A stretch of 64,000 nucleotides of DNA from an uncultured Acidobacteriota bacterium (GTDB lineage: Bacteria; Acidobacteriota; JAQAZP01), in contig CAWIIB010000009.1 of assembly GCA_963836075.1 (NCBI GenBank), positions 416,001 through 480,000 of the forward strand, in the 5' to 3' direction. Below the pieces are notes generated by a model. That model searched no databases. It was given only the letters and a program-made list of their open reading frames with translations, and was not told the origin of the DNA. Below, in pieces: positions 39,886 to 48,127 of this stretch. The position numbers were made by a program, and so were the translations under genes. Position 1 is the first letter of the stretch. The number at the start of each line of letters is the position of its first letter.

Positions 39886-42477
39886 ATGGGTATACGATCA
39901 CGGTTGGGCATCTGCTTTCACCTGCTGGCGATGGCGCTTGCGTTGTCCACCTCGGCGGAGGCAAGGCTGTTCGATGCGGCGATCGCCTTACCGGTCGAAA
40001 GCCGAGCGTTTGCTGTCGATGACCTGGATGGGGACGGGATTCAGGATCTTGCGGTGTTCCGTGAATGGACATATGACGAGGAACTTGTCGGGATTTGTTT
40101 CGGCCGGGGCGACGGCACATTTCAATATCCCGTGGATTATTCCATCGGCGAAGCAGGGCCCATCTCTGGAACTTCGATGATCACCGATGACCTGGACCAG
40201 GACGGTGACTCTGATGTGGCCGTCGTGACATACCGCGTATACGACACGAGGAGCAATATCTGGGTGCTGCTGAACAACGGCGACGGCACTTTTGCCGTTG
40301 CCGGTCACTACCGGCTTTTCACTGAAGCCAGGATGGTGAAATCCCTCGACCTCGACGGCGACGGACATCGTGACCTTGCGTTGGCCCACTCGGATGGCGG
40401 TGCGTCGGGGCAGGAAGGGCGGCTGTCGGTCCTCTTTGGCCGGGGAGATGGTACTTTTAAGAAGGCCATAGCTTACGACCTCGATTTCGAAGCATTGAAC
40501 TTTGCCGTTGGCGATTTCAACGGTGACGGTGCACAGGACCTCGTGCTCAATGAGTTCCATAACGACATGATCATGGTGCTGCTGGGCAATGGCGACGGCA
40601 CATTCCAAGGCGGTGTCGAGTACCAGGTGGGTGATCATCCCTGGGGCGTGGCTGCCGGCGACCTGAACGCTGACGGCTGGACTGACCTGGTCGCGGCCAA
40701 TCGAAGTGGCGACACGGTTTCAGTGCTGATCGGGCTTGGGGACGGGAGTTTTCTACCCGCCGAACATATTCCTGTTGCCGAGAACCCGTGGTCCATCGAA
40801 GTCTTCGATATCGACAATGATCAGATACCGGACCTGATCACAACGTGTAGCCATGAAAGCGGTGGTGATCTTTCGTTTTTAAAGGGCGAGGGTGATGGTA
40901 CATTCCAGGAAGGTGTGCTGGTGGAAACCGGTAGTTCAAATATCTCCTTTTGCGTTGCGGACTGTGACGGCGACGGCAATCCGGATTTTGTTGTGGACAA
41001 CAATGTTTTTCTTGTCGGTGGAGACGTGTCTGTCATCCTGGGCCATGGTGACGGCACTTTCGCTACAGCGTCTTCCAACAATGCATTTCCGGGTCACTGT
41101 ACAGGCGATGTCGGTGACGTGAATGCCGACGGCAATCCCGACGTGGTCCTTCCGGCTGAAGACGTGGGCAAGGTAGATTACCAGATCATTGTTTTGCTGG
41201 GCAGGGGGGACGGGACATTCGGCAGCAAAGTCGGTTCCGTGGCCGGCAATGGGTTCAGTTCATTGGTCGTCGAAGATTTTAATCGAGACGGTTATTCCGA
41301 CATTGTTGCGTGCTTCAGGTACGATCCCTACCTAACGGTTCTGCTGGGCCAGCGCGACGGCCGAGTACAGGAGATCGCGGAAATCGAGATTCCTGACGAG
41401 CCGCTATCCCCGATCATCACCGATGATCTGGACGTTGACGGCAACTTCGATCTGATCGTGCGGACGTATTCCGATTACTTTGTACTCCTGGGCCATGGAG
41501 ACGGATCCTTTGAGCCGGCATCGGCGCTGGGGTTGGGTACATATAGGGGAACTTGCGATTTTGGCGACCTGAACCATGATGGAAACCCTGACCTGGTCCT
41601 GGTCAATCACAGTGGCGACAGCGTTTCGGTGATGATGGGGCACGGCGACGGCACGTTCGCCGATGAAGCGAACTACAGCGTGTTTGCTCCTGAATCCGTG
41701 GCCATCGGCGATCTGGATGAAGACGGGAACCCCGATCTGGCCGTGTCATGTGAATACACGACCCTGGGGTTCTTGGTTGGTAACGGAGACGGTTCGTTCC
41801 AGGACGCGGTGGAACTGGAATATCCCGACGTTGCGAACCCGGAGATGATCGATCACGTCGGTGATGTTGATCTTGATGGACACCTCGATCTGGTAATTCG
41901 CTGCTCCAATTGGGTCGCGGTTCTGCTGGGCGACGGGGACGGCTCGTTCCGGCCATTTGTATATGGCATAGAGAATAGTGACACTGTCGAGTCCATGGCC
42001 ATGATTGATCTGGATAATGACGATGATCTCGACCTGGTTGTTTCACGAGGATGTTCTTCCTGGAAGATCTCGGTGCTGATCAACAATACGATGAGCCGGA
42101 CCATCAACGGCGACTACACGATATCTCCGCTTGCCGGTACGCTGCCCTTCGAGACGAGCCACCAGGTCTACCTGAGAAACATGCTCCATGGCCGCGATGC
42201 GACACATACCCGCACGGCATCGGTGGCCATCGACGTCGAGATCGGCAGCGGCGCCTGGTTCAGCAACTGGCGGGCGGGGTACACCAATCTGTCGCCGAAC
42301 GAGGTCCTCTTCCGGAACTGGCCCAACCAGTTCCCTGCCGGCCCCACCCTTGTGGGCACGAACAGTTTCCATTTCCGGGTGATGGACACCACGCCGGCGC
42401 CATACAACCAGCCGCCCTACCCGCCGTCCGGGGATGCGGCGACACGGGTGAGGACGGTTATCGCGACAATACCCTGA
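39886..42477 (+). CDS. Secreted FG-GAP/VCBS repeat protein with C-terminal PAPYNQPPY domain
   Basis: Signal peptide ending AEA; many DxDGDGxxDL / LGxGDGTF repeats; C-terminal domain at 42100-42477. Confidence 0.9.
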   Translation: MGIRSRLGICFHLLAMALALSTSAEARLFDAAIALPVESRAFAVDDLDGDGIQDLAVFREWTYDEELVGICFGRGDGTFQYPVDYSIGEAGPISGTSMITDDLDQDGDSDVAVVTYRVYDTRSNIWVLLNNGDGTFAVAGHYRLFTEARMVKSLDLDGDGHRDLALAHSDGGASGQEGRLSVLFGRGDGTFKKAIAYDLDFEALNFAVGDFNGDGAQDLVLNEFHNDMIMVLLGNGDGTFQGGVEYQVGDHPWGVAAGDLNADGWTDLVAANRSGDTVSVLIGLGDGSFLPAEHIPVAENPWSIEVFDIDNDQIPDLITTCSHESGGDLSFLKGEGDGTFQEGVLVETGSSNISFCVADCDGDGNPDFVVDNNVFLVGGDVSVILGHGDGTFATASSNNAFPGHCTGDVGDVNADGNPDVVLPAEDVGKVDYQIIVLLGRGDGTFGSKVGSVAGNGFSSLVVEDFNRDGYSDIVACFRYDPYLTVLLGQRDGRVQEIAEIEIPDEPLSPIITDDLDVDGNFDLIVRTYSDYFVLLGHGDGSFEPASALGLGTYRGTCDFGDLNHDGNPDLVLVNHSGDSVSVMMGHGDGTFADEANYSVFAPESVAIGDLDEDGNPDLAVSCEYTTLGFLVGNGDGSFQDAVELEYPDVANPEMIDHVGDVDLDGHLDLVIRCSNWVAVLLGDGDGSFRPFVYGIENSDTVESMAMIDLDNDDDLDLVVSRGCSSWKISVLINNTMSRTINGDYTISPLAGTLPFETSHQVYLRNMLHGRDATHTRTASVAIDVEIGSGAWFSNWRAGYTNLSPNEVLFRNWPNQFPAGPTLVGTNSFHFRVMDTTPAPYNQPPYPPSGDAATRVRTVIATIP

Positions 42478-42513
42478 AGGCTGTGGGAGGGGCAGGCACC
42501 TGGCTGCTAGGAT

Positions 42514-42598
42514 AAAAATGGGGACGGGCACCAAGGCATGCCAGTCCCCATTTTTTCCCGTTCGCATCAAGAGGTGACAGGGTGCCAGTCACCTTTTC
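42514..42598. repeat. Two REP-like hairpins
   Basis: aaaatggggacgggcaccaaggcatgccagtccccatttt, then aggtgacagggtgccagtcacct. Confidence 0.7.
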
Positions 42599-42700
42599 CT
42601 TCTTCTTCTCCCTCAGCGACTTCAGTATCTTCTCCGGGGTGATCGGCAGGTCCTTGATCCAGACGCCGGTGGCTCCCGCGATGGCGTGAGCCACCGACCC
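42590..42700 (-). pseudogene. C-terminal remnant of a xanthine dehydrogenase-family Mo subunit
   Basis: VAHAIAGATGVWIKDLPITPEKILKSL, cf. LANAVHDATGIRFRRLPLTPERVL in 3713..6035. Confidence 0.7.
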
Positions 42701-42760
42701 AGGATGGGCAGGTGTTAGACGTGCCTTCCGGGTGACGATTTCGTCAACCGCGGTTTCCAG

Positions 42761-42976
42761 CTACTTGGCGATGGTGAGTCCCCGCCCCTTTGGTTCCGGG
42801 ACGGGCCTACCGTTCTGATTGGCGGTATCGATCCAGGGCGCTACGGCCTTTTTGGCATTCCCCAAAGCTTCCTCCTGGGTCTCACCATGAGCCGCACAAC
42901 CGGGAAGTTCGGGCACTTCCGCCACGAAACAGCGGTCCTCGATACTCCAGAAGATGTTGATCTCGTACTTGTTCAT
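42761..42976 (-). CDS. hicB: HicB-family antitoxin
   Basis: YEINIFWS.ED..FVAEVPELPGCAAHGETQEEAL. Confidence 0.92.
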   Translation of the reverse strand: MNKYEINIFWSIEDRCFVAEVPELPGCAAHGETQEEALGNAKKAVAPWIDTANQNGRPVPEPKGRGLTIAK

Positions 42977-43233
42977 CGGGGATCCTCGTCGAGGTTGTAC
43001 TTGAGGATGACCATTCGAACCTGCTTGACCTGATACGGTTTAGCGTTACCGCCGGTTGCCTGAAGATTGATCAGTTCCTCGATGCCTTCTCTCCAGAAGA
43101 TGTGGTGGCTGCCCCTGCTCCTGGAACGAAAACCAAGGCGTTTCAGGAGGGAGCAGATGTCTTTGAATCTTATGGACGAGTCGGTCCGCTCCGGCCGCCG
43201 GGGCCGGCAGATGCTCTTCGTCTCCTGGCCCAT
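42973..43233 (-). CDS. hicA: HicA-family toxin
   Basis: IRFKDICSLLKRLGF...RGSHHIF...AKPYQVKQV. Confidence 0.88.
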   Translation of the reverse strand: MGQETKSICRPRRPERTDSSIRFKDICSLLKRLGFRSRSRGSHHIFWREGIEELINLQATGGNAKPYQVKQVRMVILKYNLDEDPR

Positions 43234-43336
43234 GCAGGCCAGGCTGAGCAAGATCAGGGCCGGATGGCGGAAGTGTCAATCTGCCGGGTTTTCTGACCGC
43301 AGTTGGAAACCGGGGTTGTCGTCGATGATATACGTT

Positions 43337-45073
43337 TTACGCCCCCCGCAGCCGCTCCGTCTCTTCCTCGTCAAGCTGGAGGGTCTTCTCGTCCAGCACC
43401 ACGCCGTAGGCTTCGCGGGCCTGGTCGAGGGAGATGATGCCGTCGCGTACCTCCTCGGCCACCCTGGCTGCCGGGCGCTTCTTCGGGTCGCCCCAGCCAC
43501 CACCGCCGCCGGCTTCCTGCACATACAGCGTGCCGGGGGGCACCCCGCGCACCAGGTCCTTGGTGGTGCAGGTGTAGACCTCGCCGTCCGGCTCGTGCAG
43601 CTCGATGTAATTGAGCGTGCCCTCGCCGCCGCCAAAGAGGCCGAAGGCCGGCTCGATGTCGCCGTCGCCAAAGGTCACCAGCTGCACCGGCCCGCCGCCG
43701 AAGCGGATGCGGGTCTCCACGCCGAGGCCGCCGCGCCACTGGCCGGGGCCGGCCGAGTCGGTGAGCAGCTCGTGCTTCTCCAGCAGGTGCGGCGTCTGCT
43801 GCTCGAACATCTCGTAGTCCTGGTCCAGCACGCCGCCCGAGGCGTCGATCATGCCGATGTGGTCGTAGCCGTCGGTGCCCTTCATCGCCCCCGAGCCGCC
43901 CTTGAGGCCCATGAAGCAGATGTCGACGTAGGTGTCGTTCTTCCGGGTGTCGAGACCGGTGGTCAGCGAACAGAGCAGCTGGTTCCAGCCGGCGGTGACC
44001 CGGTCGGGGATCACCGGGGCCAGGGCGCGCATGATGGCGTCGGCGTTGGGCGGGCAGAGGTGGTTGCCGAAGGTGGTGGCCGCCGGGTACGCGGCATTGA
44101 GGATCGTCCCCTCGGGGATGATTATGGAGATCGGCTCCACCATCCCCTCGTTGTGCGGGATGTCGGGGTTGACCATCTGCAGGAAGGTGAGGATGGTGGC
44201 CGAGGCCGAGGAGGTGTAGGTGCCGTTGACGAAGCCGTCGGTCTGGGGGTCGGTGCCCGAATAGTCGAAGACGATGGAGCGGTCCTTGACCTCGATGGTG
44301 ACCTTGATCTGGTAGGTGCTGCCCGGGGTTCGGCCGTCGAAGTAAACGGTGGCCTCGCCGGAGTATTTGCCGTTGGGGATCCGCTCGATCTCGGCTTCCA
44401 TCATCTTCTTTGTGGAGGCGAAGATGTGCTGTTTGTGGGCCTCGAAGGTCTCCAGGCCGTATTTCTGCACCAGTTTCTGCAGCCGCCGCTCACCCACCAC
44501 GCAGGCGCCGATCTCGGCCCGCATGTCCTCCTCGACGATGTCGAGACGGATGTTGGCGAAGATCAGGTTCCAGACGTCCTTGCGCAGCCACCCCTTCTCG
44601 TAGACCTTCACCGGCGGGATTCTGAGCGCCTCCTGCCAGACCTCGGTGGCGTTGGGGTTGTAGCCGCCTCGTACCGCGCCGCCGATGTCGGCCTGGTGGC
44701 CCTTGGTGGCCGCCCAGCCGATCAGCGTCTCCTCGAGAAAGATCGGCTTGAACACCGCCACGTCGTTGTTCTGGTTGCCGAGGGAGAAGACGTCGTTGTG
44801 CATGATCACGTCACCGGGATAGATCTCGTCGCCGTAGTAATCGATGATGTACTTGCAGACCGGGGCCAGGGAGAAGGAGAGGATCGGCAGGTTCTCGGTC
44901 TGCTCCAGCATCCGGCCCTCGGCATCGTAGAGGCCGGTGACAAAGTCCCGGGCCTCGCAGAGGATCGGCGAACGGGTGGTCTTGGTCATCGAAACCGACA
45001 TCTCGTCGGTGATCGACTTGAAGGCCCGGGTGAGCACCGAGGCGAGGATGGGGTCGATGTTAGCTTCAGCCAT
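43337..45073 (-). CDS. Hydantoinase B / 5-oxoprolinase family subunit
   Basis: SPILCEARDF, PGDVIMHND, GHQADIGG, DSAGPGQWRGG, AGGGGGWGDP. Confidence 0.95.
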   Translation of the reverse strand: MAEANIDPILASVLTRAFKSITDEMSVSMTKTTRSPILCEARDFVTGLYDAEGRMLEQTENLPILSFSLAPVCKYIIDYYGDEIYPGDVIMHNDVFSLGNQNNDVAVFKPIFLEETLIGWAATKGHQADIGGAVRGGYNPNATEVWQEALRIPPVKVYEKGWLRKDVWNLIFANIRLDIVEEDMRAEIGACVVGERRLQKLVQKYGLETFEAHKQHIFASTKKMMEAEIERIPNGKYSGEATVYFDGRTPGSTYQIKVTIEVKDRSIVFDYSGTDPQTDGFVNGTYTSSASATILTFLQMVNPDIPHNEGMVEPISIIIPEGTILNAAYPAATTFGNHLCPPNADAIMRALAPVIPDRVTAGWNQLLCSLTTGLDTRKNDTYVDICFMGLKGGSGAMKGTDGYDHIGMIDASGGVLDQDYEMFEQQTPHLLEKHELLTDSAGPGQWRGGLGVETRIRFGGGPVQLVTFGDGDIEPAFGLFGGGEGTLNYIELHEPDGEVYTCTTKDLVRGVPPGTLYVQEAGGGGGWGDPKKRPAARVAEEVRDGIISLDQAREAYGVVLDEKTLQLDEEETERLRGA

Positions 45074-45081
45074 GACGACTC

Positions 45082-47190
45082 CTACTCCAGCAGGTTGCGC
45101 ACCGTCTCCGGCAGCGCGTCGATTCGGTCGCGGAGATAGGTGACAAATGCACCGTGCAGGTCCACCACCGCGTCGAAGTCCCCGGAGATGAAGAGCGTGG
45201 TGTTCACCTGTTCCACCAGCGCCGGCCCGGCGATGCGGTTGCCCGGCTCGAGGGTGTGGCCGTCGTAGACCGGGATCTCGGCAAACTCGCCGGTCTCGGG
45301 GACGTAGGCCCGCCGCGTGCCCTTTAGCGAGGCCGAGGAGTCGGCCCCGGCCGCTTCGCCGGCGATGGAGCGGGGCTTGTCGGTGATCCCCACCGCCGAC
45401 AGCCTGACATTGATCAGCTCCAGCGGCGTGCCCTCCTCTTCCAGCGAGTAGCCGTATAGCCGGTCATGCTCAGCGTGGAAGCGGGAGGCGATGGCTTTCA
45501 TCCTCGGGGACTGGGTCACTTCGTCAAGTTTGGCCGGCAGGGTTACCTCGTGATACTGCTTGAGGTAGCGCAGGTCGAGGGCCGGCTCCAGTCTGACCCG
45601 GTCGGCGGGGATCCCCTCCCCTGCCAGTACCCGCTGCCCCTCGGCCGCCATCTCGTCCACCAGTGAAACCAGGCGGTCCGGGTCCAGCTGGTCCCAGCGG
45701 GAGATCAGGCTGCGCACGTAGTCGTGTTTGAGGTCGGTGGCCAGCATCCCGGCGGCGCAGAAGATCGACGACTCCCGGGGAACGAGGAAGAAGGGGATCT
45801 CCAGCTCGCGGCAGATCAGACAGGCGTGGAGCGGCCCGGCCCCGCCGGCCACCACCACCGGGAAGTCCCGCGGGTCGTGGCCCCGCTTGATGGTCACTTC
45901 GCGGACGCCGTTGGCCATGTTGTTGTTGATCACCCGGTAGACCCCGGCAGCCGCGTCCTCCTCGCTGCCCCCCAGCGGGCCGGAGAGGGAGGACATGGCC
46001 TGGCGGGCCGAGTCGATGTTCAGCGGCAGCTTGCCCCCGGCAAAGAAGTCCGGGTCGAGGTAGCCCAGCAGCAGGTCGGCATCGGTGCAGGTGGGCCGGT
46101 CCCCGCCGCGGCCGTAACAGGCCGGGCCGGGGTCTGCTCCGGCGCTCTGTGGGCCCACCCGCAGCAGACCGCCCTCGTCGAGCCAGCCCACCGAGCCGCC
46201 CCCGGCGCCGATGGTGACGATGCCCAGCATGGGCAGGGCCAGGCGGCGGCGGTCGATCTCGCCGTCGGTGACCGTGATCGGTTTGCCGTCCAGCACCAGC
46301 GCGGTGTCGAAGGAGGTGCCGCCCATGTCCACGGTGATCGAGTCGGCCAGGCCGTGCACCGCCACGTGGGCCGCCCCGGCGCCCGGTCCGGCGGCCGGTC
46401 CGGAGAGCAGGGTCATGGCCGCCAGGTCGCGGGCCGCCTCGGGCGTGGTCACCCCGCCGTTGGACTGCATGATCAGCAGCACACCGCGGAAGCCCTGCTC
46501 ACCAAGCCGCCGCAGCAGGGCCTCGATGTAGCGTTTGAGGATCGGCCCGGCATAGGCGTTGAGCACGGTGGTACTCACCCGGTCATAGAAGCGGACCGCC
46601 GGCAGGACCCTGGTCGATACCGAGAGGTAGGCGCCGGGGTGCTCCTCGGCGGCGATCTCGGCCGCCCGCTGTTCGTGGGCCGGGTTGGCAAAGGCGTTCA
46701 TCAGGCAGACGGCCAGCGCCTCCACCCCGTCGTCCCTGAGCAGCCGCACCGCGGCGGTGAGCCCCTCCACGTCCAGCTCGGTGAGCACCTCTCCCTGGGG
46801 CCCCACCCGCCCCTTCACCGGCAGGCGCCGGCGCCGGGGCACCAGCGGCTCCACATTGGTGTAGCGGTTGTTGTATTGCTCCTCGCGGATGCCGCGGCGC
46901 ATTTCCAGCGCGTCACGCACGCCCTCGGTGGTGATCAGCCCGGTACGGGCACCGTTGCCGGTGAGCACGGCGTTGGTGGTCACCGTGGTGCCGTGGACAA
47001 TGATGTCGATGGTGGGAACGAACGCTTCCAGGGTCATCCCCCGGGCTCCGGCGATCTCCTCGAGACCGTTAATCAGCCCGATGGAGGGGTCCTCGGGTGT
47101 GGAGAGCACCTTGAAAATGGCCGAACCGTCCCCCTCCTGCACCAGGAAATCGGTGAAGGTGCCTCCCACGTCGATACCGATTCGCAGCAT
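45082..47190 (-). CDS. Hydantoinase A / 5-oxoprolinase family ATP-binding subunit
   Basis: GIDVGGTFTD, HGTTVTTNA, LSGPAAG, DMGGTSFD, IGAGGGS, GPQSAGADPGPACY. Confidence 0.95.
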   Translation of the reverse strand: MLRIGIDVGGTFTDFLVQEGDGSAIFKVLSTPEDPSIGLINGLEEIAGARGMTLEAFVPTIDIIVHGTTVTTNAVLTGNGARTGLITTEGVRDALEMRRGIREEQYNNRYTNVEPLVPRRRRLPVKGRVGPQGEVLTELDVEGLTAAVRLLRDDGVEALAVCLMNAFANPAHEQRAAEIAAEEHPGAYLSVSTRVLPAVRFYDRVSTTVLNAYAGPILKRYIEALLRRLGEQGFRGVLLIMQSNGGVTTPEAARDLAAMTLLSGPAAGPGAGAAHVAVHGLADSITVDMGGTSFDTALVLDGKPITVTDGEIDRRRLALPMLGIVTIGAGGGSVGWLDEGGLLRVGPQSAGADPGPACYGRGGDRPTCTDADLLLGYLDPDFFAGGKLPLNIDSARQAMSSLSGPLGGSEEDAAAGVYRVINNNMANGVREVTIKRGHDPRDFPVVVAGGAGPLHACLICRELEIPFFLVPRESSIFCAAGMLATDLKHDYVRSLISRWDQLDPDRLVSLVDEMAAEGQRVLAGEGIPADRVRLEPALDLRYLKQYHEVTLPAKLDEVTQSPRMKAIASRFHAEHDRLYGYSLEEEGTPLELINVRLSAVGITDKPRSIAGEAAGADSSASLKGTRRAYVPETGEFAEIPVYDGHTLEPGNRIAGPALVEQVNTTLFISGDFDAVVDLHGAFVTYLRDRIDALPETVRNLLE

Positions 47191-47317
47191 CGTTCTCCCT
47201 CCGGTTCAGGCGGACGGCGGGTTTGATTTAAGGGGCGGAATGAACCGTCAGGTTACCGAACGGTTGTTCGACATTCATTATAGATGGCGGTCGAGTGGGA
47301 TGGCAAGGTTTCCGGGG

Positions 47318-48127
47318 CTAGCGGGCCGTCATCTCGAACAGGACGTGGTCGCCGACCAGCTGGAGAGGCCAGCGGTGGGCCAGCAGGGACTCCGTCCGCG
47401 CGGCGAGGCGGAAGAGCCGTGGCCAGCGCTCGGCCAGGCCGTGGAGGTAGGGCGGCGGGACCAGCAGGCCCAGCGCCGTGCGGCGCTCCACCCGGAAGTG
47501 CGGGGAGAAAATCCGCGAGTAGCCGGCGGCGCTCTCGTAGCAGGTGTGCACCCCGTGCCCGTCGATCACGGCCACCACCCCGTCGCGGCGGTGGCGGCGG
47601 AAGGCGGTGGCGGGCTCGGACCGCAGCAGGTAGTAGAACTGCTCCCATGGGCAGGGCCGGGTCATCACGCAGGCGAGAAAGGGGGCCCCGGGGCGGAGCA
47701 GGCCGTGAAACCGTTCCACCAGTGCGGGCAGGTCGCGGACACAGTTCAGCGCGCCGAAGTTGGAGAGCAGGCCGTCGAACGGCGCGGCCCCGGACACCGC
47801 CTCCGGCAGCGGCCCGCTGCTCAGGTCGGCGCAGAGCAGCACCGGCGGGTGCTCGCAGGCCAGGGCCGTTGCCTTGGCCCTCGACGCCTCGACCATGGCC
47901 GGCGAGATGTCCACCGCGGTCAGCCGGTGGCCCTGCCCGGCCAGGCGGGCCATGTCGATCCCGGTGCCGCACCCCACTTCGAGAATGCTCGACGAGGGCG
48001 CGAAACAGGCATCCATCCGCTGCCAGGTGCGTTTGCGCATCCAGTGGCCCACGGGGTTGTCGCCGAAGTCCTCGTCGTAGTCCGGGGCCAGGCTGTCGAA
48101 GCCTTGCGCAGTGGACGTGGAGCTCAT
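47318..48127 (-). CDS. Class I SAM-dependent methyltransferase
   Basis: FDSLAPDYD, ILEVGCGTGID, FDGLLSNFGALNC. Confidence 0.9.
   Translation of the reverse strand: MSSTSTAQGFDSLAPDYDEDFGDNPVGHWMRKRTWQRMDACFAPSSSILEVGCGTGIDMARLAGQGHRLTAVDISPAMVEASRAKATALACEHPPVLLCADLSSGPLPEAVSGAAPFDGLLSNFGALNCVRDLPALVERFHGLLRPGAPFLACVMTRPCPWEQFYYLLRSEPATAFRRHRRDGVVAVIDGHGVHTCYESAAGYSRIFSPHFRVERRTALGLLVPPPYLHGLAERWPRLFRLAARTESLLAHRWPLQLVGDHVLFEMTAR

Noticed and set aside
10812-43337. Integron or CALIN cassette array
   Set aside because: No integron integrase, no attC (RYYYAAC...GTTRRRY) pattern found by eye, and genes lie in both orientations.
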